Part shown: in pieces, positions 26,760-40,860 of the stretch
How positions within the stretch are numbered: the stretch's first letter is position 1
Layout: each line of letters opens with the position of its first letter
NCBI RefSeq assembly: GCF_036321535.1
Contig: NC_087436.1
Span: forward strand, 111,230,001-111,294,000
Origin: Camelus dromedarius
Taxonomy: Eukaryota
DNA: 64,000 bases
Direction: 5' to 3'
Notes under the pieces: model-generated
Seen by the model: only the letters and a program-made list of their open reading frames with translations
Told to the model about the DNA's origin: nothing
Database searches by the model: none
Position numbers and translations under genes: made by a program

Positions 26760-28224
26760 AAGACATTTATTGTTATTTTTATATAACTTTTGCCATGAAA
26801 ATTTCAAGAATATACAACTTTTCAGTACACTGAAAAGTTGCCCAGCTCAGTACACCTCCTGTTGCCCAGCTTCAGAAATGACTAATGTCTGTTAATCTTG
26901 CTTCATTTGGATCCGTATCTACCCCCTACCTCTGTATTACTTTAAAACAATCTCAGAGGTATTTCATCCATAAATATTTCTGTCTTTGGAAGATAAGTAT
27001 TCTTTTTATAGTGTACCCTTAATACCATTATCATATTGAAAAAAATTAACAGTAAATCCTTAACGTCACAAAATATCTGGTCAGTGTTGACATTTAATCC
27101 ATGTTTTCTTCTTGCAGTAGTGTTGTCTCATAAATTTTTTACAATTTTCTTTTCAAATCGGGATTCAAATAAGAATTTATATATTGCAGTTCAACTGGTT
27201 GGTAATGTGTTTTAGGTTTCTCTTAATCTATAGTTTCATGGAAACACACACGGAAACACACCCTCCCTCCCCCTTTACTTGTTAAAGAAACTGGGTAATT
27301 TGTTCTGTAGTTTCCAACAGTTTGGATTTTGCTGATTGCACACTTTTGATGTTTCTTCTGCCACTTGTATTTCCTTATTGGTGGTCATATTTACAAGACT
27401 CATTAAATTCAGTTTCAATTTTTTGGTAAGAAAACTTCATACAAAGTGTTGTGAACATCATTCAGGAGGAGCATGCTGCCTGATTGTTTTGTGATGTTAG
27501 CGGTTGTTGATGACTTCCTGATTCTCTCATTCCATCCTCATTTCATAATTTAAATACTTCTGTAAAGAGAAACTTCTGCTTGTCACCTATTTGGTTGTCT
27601 GGTGGTGCAGTTCATACTGGAAAAGCAAAACAGATGCTTGATAGTATTTCTTTGATTACCTACCTTAAAATTAATGGCTCGTTTCCCTAGCACCAACCAA
27701 AGGTGACCAGTGAGGTTTTTCTTTTGGAGGAGGAGATCATTATGAATCTATTCCTTTTCAAATGGTTAACCGATTGCTCTATCCATTTATTGAATTATTC
27801 AGCTATTCCCCATGGATTCGAAAGGCCATCTTTACCATGAACTTAGCCATCAGGCCTCTCTCTTTTGTTCTAATCATCTATCTATTTCATGTCTACAACC
27901 AGCCTATTTTAATTTTATAATAAGCTTTGATATCTGGTAGGACTAGCCCACTCTTACTACGCTTGTTTTACAAAGTAATCCCTGGATTTTCACCTATTCA
28001 GTTTTTCTGTATTGATGTTAGAATCATCATGTCCAGCTCCACCCAAAGTCCTGTTGATGTTTTCATAGGGATTGCTTGTGTGTATGCATTAATTTAGAGA
28101 GAATTTACATATTTCAGGGTTAAGTGTCCCTGTTCAAAAACTGTAGGTCTTCTCACTGACTCTTTCATGTCTCACAGCTTTAAAGTTTTCTATATCTAAA
28201 CTCTACACATTCTTACATTTGTTC

Positions 28225-28274
<50 letters not shown>

Positions 28275-28370
28275 TTGCTGCTGTTGTAAACAGTTCCTTC
28301 CTTAACCTTTTTCACTTGGTTATTTTTTAGAATTGGGAAAAGTACTGAATCCCATATTTTAATCCTAGCC
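26760..28370 (-). mobile_element. Old L1 (L1MC/ME-like) fragments
   Basis: T-rich antisense L1-like text, e.g. AGCTTTGATATCTGGTAGGACTAG and GGGATTGC...ATTAATTTAGAGAGAATT. Ends approximate. Confidence 0.55.
28228..28272. repeat. (TG)22 microsatellite
   Basis: Perfect dinucleotide run. Confidence 0.97.
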
Positions 28371-30749
28371 AATTTTTAAGGCCTCCAGAGTGATAGCCAA
28401 TAGCCTCTCTCAGCAGCCAGTCCCAGCGGCTAATAGCCCTCTCTGAATTACTTGACTGTAGAAATTTTTGACAGCAAGAGAGCGGATTTTAGCAAGTGGG
28501 AGAATTGCCTCATCTTTAAAATAATGCTGTGTTCCATTTAAATACATTATAAAATTTTGTATCTGAGTAAAATATACCTACAGAGCAGTTTTAAAACCCT
28601 ATTTTAATAAAACTTGATCTTAACATTTCAAGCTGATTCATTCATTCCTAAAACATTTTTGACCTCCTTTTTGTGTGAGGAACTGGGCTGCAAATGTGAT
28701 GGGCTCCTGATAAAGTAGGAGAGGGATTCTGGTGGGTGTGATGTCACGGAGGAGGTACTGGCAGCCGGTGTGGGGTTCAGTGGAACCCACGGGAGGGACC
28801 CCAATGGGGCGGGTTAGGGACGACATAACGTCAGGGCAGGGGTCAAACAGATGTGAGAGGAAACTGCACCAAAAGCCCAGCTACCAAAGTTGAAAGGACA
28901 TTTCAGTTTTGCTCACTGAAGGACAAACAAGCAAATTGGTATTAGCTGCTACCTTCAAGGACACATCGCTGAGGTTAAGAGAGGAACGCAGGAGTCAGGC
29001 ACATTGCCTGCCAATGGAAGAGACGTGCATTGCTTTCATCTTTACCGTTCTTTTAATTTGAACAAGTGCAGCCGTCTCAGATTCAGTATCGTACCTGCCA
29101 AAGCTTTTTTGCAGTGATGATGTCTGATTGATGAGTGGAATCATAGGTCAGCTTGGGAATTCATTTGCAATTCTCATTTACATGCCTGACTTGTAGAAAG
29201 TACCTTTATTTCTTTTTATTTTTGTATCATTGTCATAAACTGTTGGGGTACCCTGGGCATCCTCCTGAGGTCTCATTTTGGGGATGCCAGTGAAATGGAG
29301 CCACACTTAAAATGGGAATGTTTTAAGTGCTGAGATCTCCAGAGGTTCCTTCCCACTTTAAGAATCTGGTTCTCTATAAGCAAAGCAAAAACCCAAAGAG
29401 TTGTTATTATTCATTTGTTCATCTATCTAGTTACCCATTGCCCCTCCATTCACGTGTCCCAGTCACTGACTCACCCACCCTCCCATCCCTCTACATCCAT
29501 CCTCTTCACCACTTCCTCGCTGTGCACCATCTGCCCTCTCCTCGCCTTCCTATCCATTTACTCACCCGTCCACCCATGCCGGATGTGGGTTCCAAATCTC
29601 TCTTGAAGCTCCAATTCCAAAACCCTTGTTCTTTCTCTTGTCCTGTAATACTCTCCTCCTTGCAAGGTACATTGGCACTGGTTCCATCAGCCCCTGCCTC
29701 TTTCCCTTCCCCCCAGTTACTGGTACTGGGGACCTCCAGGCTCAATCCTGCCCACTCTGAGTCAGTGTAAACAGAGCCAGTCATTGTGTTTTCAGAACTT
29801 CTGTTACTCTCCAGGGTGGCCTTGAAAGTCACCTGCTTCTGGCCCTCAAGGGGAACAGCTTCTATCCCACCACACCTCTACCTTTCTGGACCTGCTAGTC
29901 TGTTTCTTTAGGGTCAGAATCAGCTCTCCAGGCTCCCTGCCCCTTGGCTGAGCAACTTCCCCAACAGGCTGGACCTCCCTGGAACCACATCTCTCCTTGG
30001 AGGTGGCCCTTGTGGCCACAGGCTGCCCATCTCTCAAATGTGGACGTCAAAATTGGCCCAGGGAGGACCTGATTTTACGATGTCTCTTAGGGATCGTGCT
30101 TGGGGCTCCCAGAAAGCCAGTTAGGATGCAGTAGTGAGAGACACAACATTTAAAAGTAGTTTAAGAGTTAGAGATGTGTTATCTCACATAACAGGAGAAC
30201 TCTCTTCCTGGCTGGTGGCTGGTAATTCAGTGTCTCAGGATGTCACCACAGGCCAAGTGTTTGCCATCTTCCTTGTTCTCTGCATATCAATGCTTTTTCC
30301 TCTCAGAATTCCATGGGGGCTGCCACGGTTCCAGGCAACACACAGAGACGTGACAACATCTTCTGAGGAAGAAAGGCATTTTCTCCTTTGTGCTTCTTTG
30401 TATTTGTAAGGAGATCTTTCCCAGAAGTCTTCAGGTGTCTCCTTGGGTCCCCTTGGCCAAGACTGAGTTCCACGCCCAAACCAAAGCCAGTCATTGATAA
30501 AGGAAACAAGACTGTGAGGCTGGGCTTAGACCAGGCATAATTTGCCATAATTCACTCCCGAGCCCATGGGAGAGGAACAGCTGAATGAAATTGGGGTTTT
30601 GCTGCAAGGAAGAAGACATGAGAGGGTGTTAGGTAGACTCTACCGGGTCTGAGACACTAAACAGTGATTAAAGTTTGACCTTGCAGTGGAAACCTGGGCT
30701 AACAGAGCTCTGTGTTTTTCATTAGTCGGGGGCTATTTTCTTCCCAGGG

Positions 30750-30920
30750 GATGTTGGGTTCTCAGTTAGGGGCTATTCCTCCCACCCTGGGGATATTTGG
30801 CAATGTCTGGAGCCACTTTTGGTTGTCCCAATGGAGTACAGGGGAGCTACTGGCTTCTGGTGGGTCAAAGCCAGGGATGCTGCGATGTTAACAGTGCCGA
30901 GGCTGAGAAATCCTGCATTA
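30750..30920 (-). mobile_element. MER20-like fragment
   Basis: GGGGATATTTGGCAATGTCTGGAG..ACTTTTGGTTGTC...GCTACTGGC..CTGGTGGGT..AGCCAGGGATGCTGC. Confidence 0.7.
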
Positions 30921-32845
30921 AAAATATGAGATGAAGCATGATGAACTGAAAGAATAAAACTGCTGCTATGAACATTTATAAAGTGAGTTAGCCTGCTTTT
31001 CACACCTCTGTGACACTTGTTTGTAATGTCTTACCGGCATCTCTGGGAATCAAGGTTCATGGAATAAAATAGGACCACAGGAAGGAAATCAACGGTTTTT
31101 GCCAGCAAACTTGTAAAGATTACAGAAGAGAAAACACACAACAATAGTGAGGGTGTGGTGATGCAGACGCTGCTTGGGCTGACGGCGGTATGAAATGGTC
31201 CCAGTCTTCTCCAAAAGAGCTTGCCTGTGTGTGTGTGATAACTCTTAAAAATGTTCCTACCCTTCCATCCTCAAATTCCACTTCTGAGAATTCCTCCTAA
31301 GGGGAAAATCCAAATTATGAAAAAAAGGTTTAGTGGAAATCTTGATTCTAAGCACCATTATTTATAAGAAAACATAGAAAATGACTTAAATTTCCAACAA
31401 TAGGTGTATATAGCAATAATATATAAGAGAGGTATATGGTGGAATTTTATGTCCACATTTAGCATGATGTTTATGAAGAAAAAACCACTCATAATGGTAA
31501 GCATAAGAGTAAGGAAATGAAATTGATTACATGCCATGATCATAGTTATGAAAATAAATACACGTATGAAAGCAACCTGGGAGGAAACACACCAGGATGT
31601 TAGTTAGCAAGACTATTTCTTTGTACCAGTGGAGATACAGGTGATTTTTAGGCTTCTTTTGACTTTTTTAAGGTAATCAATCTTGCTTATTTAAGCTTAT
31701 TGTGTTCAAGGCACCAAATGCTGAATACATACATTGTACTAACAATTCGACATTTAAACATTTCTGTTGAGGGTTCTTGTTTTCTGACCTCTTCTATCTT
31801 CCTTTTTCCTCATCTCAGGGGTTCCTGAACTGGGGTACATTGACAGTAAGAGGTTTATCGATGCACTTCAGAGTGTCCTTACACCCCTAAAATTGTAGGA
31901 TGTATGGACTCTTTTTTATAAAAGGGGGGTCTTTTAATTGGGGGCAATTTTTAAACTGTGGTTCTTTTGATTTATGTTTTCCTTAATCATGCACTGTTTT
32001 TATAACGAAAAAGAAAATGGTTTTTTAAACAGTATACAGGGGATTGAAGTGTAAGGGACAAAACCATATATCAAATCCAAGGACAACTAAGGGTTTACTC
32101 TGAGAACTGTCAGTGGACCTAAGGATCTTGATCCCTGCTTCTGACAAGGATCTAGGGGCTGAGATGCCCTGATAGTTGGTCCTTTACAGCAGGTTAACTC
32201 TGAAAGAGTGGGAGATTGCCAAAGACATGTAGTTGCTCCCTCCTGGGGCTGTGAGATGCCCCAGAATACAGCCTGCACCTCGGGGAGCAGGAGCAGAGAT
32301 CCCACGTTGTCACGGAGAGAGGTTCTGATCCGGAGCGTTTCTGAGTTCTAGCGTGTGTAATGCCAGGGAAGAAAAAGCAGCTAGCATTTACCACTTCTGA
32401 CGTGTTTCAACTTTTTGTTGACCTTGTGTTGTATCTGGACAAGAAGGTTGTTCCCTCAACTTCTGAAGTGATACTTTCTGTCAATACCACAGATCTGGAA
32501 AATAAAGTTCAAGGCAGTAACTGAGATAAAGCAGAAGGTCTGCATTCCCTCCCAGGGTCTCTTCTGTTGCTGACCAACCCCAGGACTCCTTAGCCCCCTA
32601 GCCTAACAGGATCCAAACAAACTGGGAGTGCCTTTACCATGTTGCTGGCTAGGAGATGAGTTCCTTCTTATTTTTTATGACCTGCTGCAAGAAATCACCA
32701 CCTACAAGAAATCATCTTGGCCCACATCCCCGCCCCACAAACACAGAGTTAATGACTCTGTATAGCTTCCCATAGCACACTATAGGTTCTCAGTAAATTA
32801 CTGTAAATCTTAAGAAAATGTAAATTTACTCTATCAAAAGCTCTT

Positions 32846-32985
32846 TTTTTTTTCTTTTTTTGGGGAGTAGGGAGGAGGTAATTAGGTCTACTTATTTATT
32901 TATTTTTAGAGGAGGTACTAGGGATTGTACCCAGGTCCTTGTGCATGCTAAGCATGCATTCTACCACTTGAGCTATACCCTCCCC
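32846..32985 (-). mobile_element. tRNA-derived SINE (Vic-1-like), copy 5
   Basis: Antisense head ...CTACCACTTGAGCTATACCCTCCCC, T-rich tail, and an imperfect TSD TCAAAAGCTCTT / TCAAGGCTCTT. Confidence 0.9.
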
Positions 32986-33526
32986 TCAAGGCTCTTATTT
33001 CTCAGAGTTTATTCCATGAATCAGAGTCAGAGTCACTAGGGAGCTGGATGAAAAGGCAGATTCCCAGGAGCCACCATCCTCCTTTTGAGTGAAGCTCTCT
33101 ATGCATTGGGTCCAGGAACCTGCCTGTGATAAGGTATCCCCAAGCGTCTTTTCTGTTTACTGAAGTATAAGAACCATCAGCTAACACAAAGTGATGCATC
33201 AAGCCATGTGTAGAGTTTTCAGCCAGTCCCTGAAATGTTTATAGCCATTTGAAACATTACCCAGAATTATTTACCTTGCTTGATAAGACATTATCAAAAG
33301 GAAGGTTCTTTGTTGTGATAAAAATTTTAAAAAAATGAGCAATGGTCATAGCCCCTAAGTAGTAGTGGGTCAGAGAGCTAGATGCTCAGTCCTCTTTCTC
33401 TTCTCTCATCAAACAGGGATAACCTTCTAGAATCCCCCAAATAGGTGGAATTTTAGAGCTTGAAGAGACCCCAGACATCCAGTCCAATTCCCTTGGTGTC
33501 ACAGATGAGAAATGGAGTGTTGACAT

Positions 33527-33960
33527 GTGTGTCAGTTTGGATCTTCCAAAAAGGGAACACCAAGACAAATTTAGATGAGCAAGAGATTCATTGGGAGAAG
33601 TGTCTGAAGAATAAAGGGAGAAGAAACAGGAGTAGACGGGGAGCACCTACTGACCATGATGCAGGGCTGAGACCTGTGAAAGGGGAGAGGGAAGGAAGGA
33701 GTGGGTAGGAGAATCCACAGACTGCAGTCCAGCTAAGAAAGTGTCTTAGCCGGGCCAATGAGGAGCTCCTGAGCCGAGATGGAACATTAGAGTCTTATGT
33801 CGGGCAGAGATAGCCCAGCTTTGTTCCTCCCACTGGGCTTGGTTGGTGGCTAGAAGCAGCTTAGGTGTGACAGTCACAGTGTATTGAAAGGTACCAACTG
33901 GCTGTACTCCTCACATCAGGTTCTGGAAGGAGGATCTGAGCAGTGGACTCCCTCTACATG
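33527..33960 (-). mobile_element. Old ERVL-class LTR (LTR16/LTR33-like)
   Basis: TGTGTCAGTTTGGATCTTCC...AAGAGATTCATTGGGAG...GACCATGATGCAGG..TGAGACCTGTGAAAGG. Subfamily uncertain. Confidence 0.55.
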
Positions 33961-34686
33961 CTCAATATCACAGTTGGTACAGAGCAAGGACTAAACTCTA
34001 GTCCAGAATCCTTTCTGGATTATTCTACAAAGCATTATTCCTCCAATGTCTAGCCACACCCCATGCCCCCAACTCTTGTAGGTTTGAACTTAATCTTGTG
34101 GATACTAGAACTGGATCCCAACCCCCCGAGAGGTAGAGAAGGCAAGACTAACCAGTCAGGTAAGAAAAGGAAAGGGAGATACGCTGAGGGGATTTAAGGT
34201 CTTTGGGGGAAAGAGTGAGACAGCTGACTAGGGTCACAGTTGGTCTGTTTGTCTGTCTATCCAACATGCTTTCCATTTCCCCCCTTTGGAAAATTCCTCC
34301 GCCTTTCCATGTGGTTCTTAGGGGACCCTCAGTCTTGCTGCTCCACTTCCCATCCCAGCCATGAGCATGTGACCTGGGCTGGGGGAACCCTTCGATGGAC
34401 TGATATTCAAATATTAGAAGATAGAAATTCCCTTTCTGCTGGAATAGCAGAACTGTGATTGCAGGAACTAGGGCAACTGTTGGCTGTCCTTCTTACGTGG
34501 GGAGAGTAAGTCTGCAGAACGGAGACGAGCAGAAGCCAGCAGAGGTGAGAGGTGAGGAGAGAGAGTGTGAGTGAGTGGGCGCATCATGTCCTAGTCCCAG
34601 CCCCCAGGGCCTTGCTGCCTCACACACCATTTCCCTCCATTCTGGGAGGTCCTTCGACACGGGGGTCAATGGGCTCCCTTTTCCCT

Positions 34687-35203
34687 GTGTACTAGGCAGA
34701 TTCTAACATGGCCCCAAACTCCCAGCCCCTGGGACACACATACCTTTTAGTTATTCAATCAAATACCAAATCCAGGGTTTTCTGTGAAGGGATTTTGCAG
34801 TTGTAATTAAGGTTCCAAGTAAATTGCCCTGAGGACAGAAAGATTATCCAGGTGGAATTGACCTAATCACATGAGTCCTGAAGTCCAGGTCTAGAGATTA
34901 CAGAGAGAGAAATCAGAGAGAATTGAAGTGTGAGAAAAATTCAGTGAGGGAGATGGAGGAGCTGTGTACTGAGGAATGCCGGTGGCCTCTCGGCGCTGAG
35001 AGCAGTCCCTGATGACAGTCTTGCAACCACAAGGAACTGAATTTTGCCAACAGCCTGAATTAGCTGGGAAACAAATTTCTCCCCAGGGCCTCCAGATGAG
35101 AACTCAGTGGGCCAACACCTAGTTCATCGAGCCCTTGAGCAAGAACCTAGCCACATCACACTGCTGAGTGTGCTAATTTCCTTCTCAGCCATACAACACT
35201 AGT
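34687..35203 (+). mobile_element. MLT1 (MaLR) LTR
   Basis: GTGAAGGGATTTTGCAGTTGTAATTAAGGT, GATTATCCAGGTGG and GCAACCACAAGGAACTGAATTTTGCCAACAGCCTGAA. Confidence 0.75.
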
Positions 35204-36187
35204 ACGCTTGGGTCAGTTTTGCTTACACCTGAAGAAGTTCTGACTGAACAGTGGGGAGAACAGAGACCCAGTTCATCTTGTGAGGACTCCTCAGACTGCT
35301 CTTTGCCTGGTGTCAGTCTGCTCACAGTGGCAGCCGTTGCTGACTGGTGGGGTGGAAGAATCCAGAAACATATTTTGATGGGGACAGAGGGAGCACAAAG
35401 TAGCTCTTGGTTCTGAAGTGGGCTGAGGAAGAAGATTCTTTGAAGGAATTACGAAGGGAAAGGGGGGAAATGGCTGGTGGGACCCAGAAGGGAGATGTCT
35501 CCGGACAGATCCCCCAGCTTCCCCTGTTCTCAGCACCGCCGCCGGGGTGATCTTTACACTGTGGGTCAGATGGTGCTGTGAGCTCTCCAGGGCTTCCCCA
35601 AAGCTCTTCAGGGGGCTGCGGGACCTCCACACCCCGGCCCTGTCACCCCCTCCCACCTCTTCCACGCCCCCATCACTCACTCTGCCTCAGCCGCACTGGC
35701 CCCTCGCTGCTCCATCACCCGTTGCACATCCTTACATCCCTAGGACCCTGCTCCCGAACCTTGGCCGGGAGTGTTCTTCCCTGCACCCTTCATTGCTCAC
35801 GATTCCATCTCCATCAGCTCTTCACGCAGATGTCACTTTCTCCAGGAAGACTTCTTCACTGTCTGGTGTAAAAATTTAACTCCTTCCCCTCAGATATCCC
35901 TTCTTTGCTTAATTCTTTCCTTTAACATATATCACTTATTAACAGCTTGTTTATTTTACTTATTTCATATTGTCTGACTCTCTCACTAGAATGTTAGCTT
36001 CCTACACATAAGGATTCGGGTCTGTTTTGAGCATGCTGTACCCCCCATCCCGAGGACCGGCTACATAGCCGGCCCTTGGTAAATATTCACTAAATGACTG
36101 AACGAAAGGGGGATGTGTGCATAGGAGAGATGTATTTTACTTCTTAAGACTGATTTCTTTCTCCTTAAAAGAAATTGGCGGTGGGTA

Positions 36188-36830
36188 ATATGACCCAGCA
36201 ATCCCACTCCTGGTCATATATCCAGAAAAGACAAAAGGTCTCATTCAAAAAGATACATGCACCCCAATGTTCATAGAAGCAATACAATAGCCAAGACATG
36301 GAAGCAGCCTGAGTGTCCACCAACAGGTGAATGGATAAAGAAGATGTGGTATATATGTATGCAGTGGAATACTACTCAGCCATAAAAGAATGAAATAATG
36401 CCATCTGCAGCAACCTGGATGGACCTAGAAATTATTGTACTAAGTGAAGTAAGACAGAGAAAGACAAATATCATATGATACCACTTATATGTGGAATCTA
36501 AAAATAGTACAAGTGAACTTATTTATAAAAGAGAAACAGACTCACAGTCATAGAAAACAAACTTATGGTTATCGAAAGGGAAGCAGGGGAGGGATAATTT
36601 GGGAATATGGGATTACCAGATACACACTATTATATATAAAATAGATAAACAACAAGGAATTACTGTATAGCACAGGGAACTATATTCAATATTTTGTAAT
36701 AAACTATAATGGAAAAGAATTGAAAAAAGAATACAGATATATACATATATATGTATAACTGATACACTTTGTTGTACACTTGAAACTAACACAGTATTGT
36801 AAATCAGCTATACTTCAATTAAAAAAAAAA
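36188..36830 (+). mobile_element. 5'-truncated L1 3' end (~640 bp) with poly(A)
   Basis: ATATGACCCAGCAATCCCACTCCTGG...TATACTTCAATT plus A10. Decayed TSD AAATTGGCGGTGGGTA / AAATTAGTGGCGGGTA (13/16). Confidence 0.92.
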
Positions 36831-38618
36831 TTAGTGGCGGGTATATTTTTTAAGGAATATAGTGAGTTTACTCCCTCGAGCTACAAAAATCCAGGTCAAG
36901 GGACCGTATGGTTTTGCAGCTTGCTGTGCATGCAGCGCTGACAGTGAAGACCGCTGTGATGGAAAAAGAAATACGTGATGTAAAACATAAACCCCCAGAG
37001 GCTTTATGATACAAAGCACCTGGGAGCCTGGAGGTTGGCTCCTGATGACAGTCATCATTTATAAATACTAAATAAATATAATCATGAAAACACTCACTCA
37101 TCTCTCCCAGCCAGCTTCCAGCTGGGCAGCTGCCACTCTTTCTTGTCTGTCTGTTGTCACCCGGACAATGAGGCCAACCTGACATCAGGACTCCTGCAAA
37201 AGCAGGATTATGTGTGTTATTTCAAGAAGTGAGGAGTGTAAACAGCAGCTCAATTGGGTCCTCAAAGCTCCAGTGAAAAATCCCTGGCTATCCCCAAAAT
37301 ATCCCCCAAACTATAAATGTCTACATGTTTTATGTATAGTGCATAATACTCATTTTTACTGTGTTTGTGGTGTGGGCCATTTAATACACGCTCATTAGTT
37401 TATGGTTCATGAGACATTCTCATGAGCACCTATTTTGTGCCAGACACAATGAAAGGTACAGGGAATACAAAAGTGAGCAAGATAAATGGGCTTTTAATTA
37501 GCTAGGGTTAGGTTCGACTATGTCTAACAGAAAAACCCGAACAGTGAGAAGTTATTCCTCCCCCATGTACTAGAGGACCAGAGACGTACACAATCACAGG
37601 TTGGGATGGAAGATTCATGCTCTAGGGAGCCAGGCTTTGTATCTTTCTGCTCTGCCTTGCCAGCTGCAAAGCATTCGCCTGAGTGTTGCCTCGTGGTCCA
37701 GGATGACTGCTGGAGCTCCAGCCATGACATTCCCTTTCCAACCTGCTGGAAGGAGAGGGGTGAAGATAGGTGAATCCCCTCCCATTTAAGGAGCCCCACA
37801 TAATGCTCTTTCCAACATTTCACTAAGTAGAACTAAGCCCTGTGGCCACAAACAACTGTAAAAGAGTCTGGAAAATAGAGTAAATTAGCAGGATATCAGC
37901 TGAAAATTGAGATTCTTGGGATCAACAGATTGTCAAGCAGAATATCGCGCACTGGTTATCAATGCCAGCGGAGAAGCCCAACTCCATAGAGAGACAGCAA
38001 AGATCATCACTGCACCAACCCAGCAGGAGTAAAAGTCCGAGCACTTCTGCCCACTGCATCTTCGTATCGGAGTCACCAGTGAAACCACAATGTCTTCAAG
38101 CATTGAATGAATCAACGCTTCACTCCCACAGAGAAGAAAGGTTGGCTCCTGTAGTGTGCACTGGTCCCTCTGCTAGCAGATGCCCCAGCGGCCCACACAG
38201 GGCACTTGTGTGGCAGCAGAAGGAGCCCTCCCTGTCCCTCCTGGAGTCTGAAATGCTGACAGCTGGGAGCATGCCTGAGGGTCACTGACCTACACACTTC
38301 AGCAGAACAAAGGAGCACACGCTGAGCCTGAAGCAGGGAAAGATGCTCCCACACCAGGTGGTGAGCCCGGCACGGCTGTGAGGGTTCTTTATCTCTGCGT
38401 AAGGGGGTGTTCCAGGGCCCACTCTCACGGGGCTGAAGCAGGGATTGAACGACCACGTGCACGACTGCCTTTCCCAGCACGGTCTCTGCCGCAGAGCGCG
38501 ACGTGGGGTGCTGTGGGGGCGCCAGAGGGGGGTGGGCAGAGCCGACGGGGGTGCAGAGGAGGAAGTAGCACGTTACCCCTTAAGAAAGGAGTGCAAATTT
38601 TAAAAAATGCACATCTCT

Positions 38619-38860
38619 GTTAATCCTAAATCCCTAATTTATTCCTCCCTGCTCTTTCCCCTTTGGTAACCATAAATTTGTCTTCTATGTCTGTGAGTCT
38701 GTATCTGTTTTGTAAGTTCATTTGTAATATTTTTTTAGATTCAACATATAAGTGATACGTGATACTTGATATGTGATGTTTGACTTACTTCACTTAGTAT
38801 GATAATCACTAGGTCCATCTGAAACTAACACATTGTAAATCAACTATACTTCAATTTAAA
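38619..38860 (+). mobile_element. L1 3' fragment with 5' inversion (twin-priming structure)
   Basis: Antisense L1 segment 38619-~38819, then sense terminus TGAAACTAACACATTGTAAATCAACTATACTTCAA plus A-run. TSD AAAAAATGCACATCTCT (38602-38618) / AAAAAATGCACCTCTCT (38861-38877). Confidence 0.88.
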
Positions 38861-40629
38861 AAAAAATGCACCTCTCTTTCCGCGTCTTCATACCAGAAGA
38901 GAACTGTTAGGAGGGAATAACTCACGGCGTTCAGCATAGTGCCTCGGGGCTCAGTACATATTTCTTGAAAGAATGAATTCCCTGAGGTGGCCCTGGAGGA
39001 GCTCTTGGAAGGCAGGTGACATTGGATCTGGAACTTCATGTCAAGAAGGATTTCCCCAGAGAGAGGATGGCAGGAAAGGCATTCCAGACAGATGGAGAAG
39101 TGCGAGCAAAAGCAGAAAGGTTTGACAGTGTGTGGCTTGTGTAGAAAACAGTGTGTAACCCAGTGTCATTGGAGCTTGGGGTCTGCAGGGGTGGTGACAG
39201 GATGTGACACTGGATTGTGGGGAGTCTCGAATGTCATGCCGAGGAGCATCATTTTATCCAGGGGGCCGGGGGGAGCCCCAGTGAGTAGTGCCGGGAGCAG
39301 CTGTGTTCAGTGCAGTGACTTGGGTGTCTGTGGAGGGCACCTGGGGGAAAGGGAGCTGGGCCTCAGGGAGACATGGGTCAGATGATGAGGGCCTGCAGGG
39401 CGAGAGTGGGAGGAGGCACAGCAAGCGGAGGGATGGATGTGTGGACTTCCTAGCGGTCAGGCTGTACAAAACTGAGTGGATAAGTCACAGGAGGAAGAGA
39501 AAAGGGCCAAAGAGGACTCCTGGGTTCCTACCTACGGGGATGGCGCTATGGCATCGAGAAGCAGGTTGGAGGCAGGTAGCGATGGGAACAGGATGAGTTC
39601 ACTGTGAGACACACTGTGTTGAGATGCCTGCATTACTTTCCCCTACGTTCTTGCCTCCTGTCTCGCAGCTTCCATCCTGGTCCCCCCTATAGTTTATTCT
39701 CAACTCAGAAACCAGAATGATCCCCCTTAAGTCGGATCATGGCTGCTCTCCTGCTTAGACCCACCAGTGGCTCTCATCTCTGGGTAAATCCAAAGTCCTG
39801 AGTCTACAGCCCAGACTGCCCATGACCTCCCTGACCTAACTCCTATTACTGTCCCCTTGCCCAGTCCATTCCAGCCCTACTGGCCTCAGGACCCTTGCTC
39901 TGGCCTAGAACCCTTCACCCAGATGCCTGTCTGGCTAACCTCTCAGCTCCTTCTCAACTTTGCCCAAGTGCCACCTTAATGAGGCCAACCTGAACTGTCC
40001 TATTTAAAATAACGACACCCTCTCTCTCCCTACAATTCTGATATCCCGTCTCCTGGTCTGCTTTTTTATTTTCCATTTTACTTACCACCTCCTGACTTAC
40101 CATAATGAGCTCATTTATTATATCTAATATTGATTGTCGGTCTCTCTGCCACCCCTTCCCTGACCCTCCCATGAGAATTCAACCCCACGAAGGCAGCGAT
40201 CTCTGTATATCATGCTGCTGATACATCCCAAGAACCTAGAAGGGTGCCTGGCACATAATAATTAAGGAACACTGTGGAGCTGTGTAGGCCAGAAATGGTG
40301 GTCCTCTACTCTGAACACAGGTGGGAGCTGTAGAGTCAGAATCTGATGTCCACCCTGGGGCAGCTGTCCTGGGGGAGAGGACTTGAGATTTCTCTGCCTG
40401 GGCGGAGGACCTCCACCCTTGGTGGTCAAGGAAGGGGTGTCAAATTAGGGGAGAAACCCACCAGGAATCAACACAGCGAAGAAGCCATCCCCAGCGTCAG
40501 TCCCTCCAGGGGTGTCAAATGGTGTGAATACTTGAACCTTAGTTCTGCGAGGGGAATTCAGGCCACCTGCCTTCGTTCAGAGCACAGTGACTTTCAGGCT
40601 CGGGACTATGCGTTGCTCAGAAAGAACTG

Positions 40630-40860
40630 AGATTTTAGAGTCAGACGAATTAGGGCTCACAGCCCAGTTTTTCCACTAGCTGTGGACTTATGGCAAATTA
40701 TTTGTCCTCCTTGTTCCTCAGTTTGCTCTTCTGTAAAAGGAAGATAACAATTATAATTTTATTAATATTACTATTATTATTCAATGAGATTGTATCAAGT
40801 GCCTGCATTTTATATAGGCCCCATTCCCGGCATAAAGTAATCACTGGAAGTGTTCATTCT
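40630..40860 (+). mobile_element. MIR SINE
   Basis: GAGTCAGAC..AGGGCTCACAGCCCAG..CCACTAGCTGTG..GGCAAATTATTT..CCTCAGTTTGCTCTTCTGTAAAAGG. Several more MIR and L2 scraps occur elsewhere and are not listed. Confidence 0.7.
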
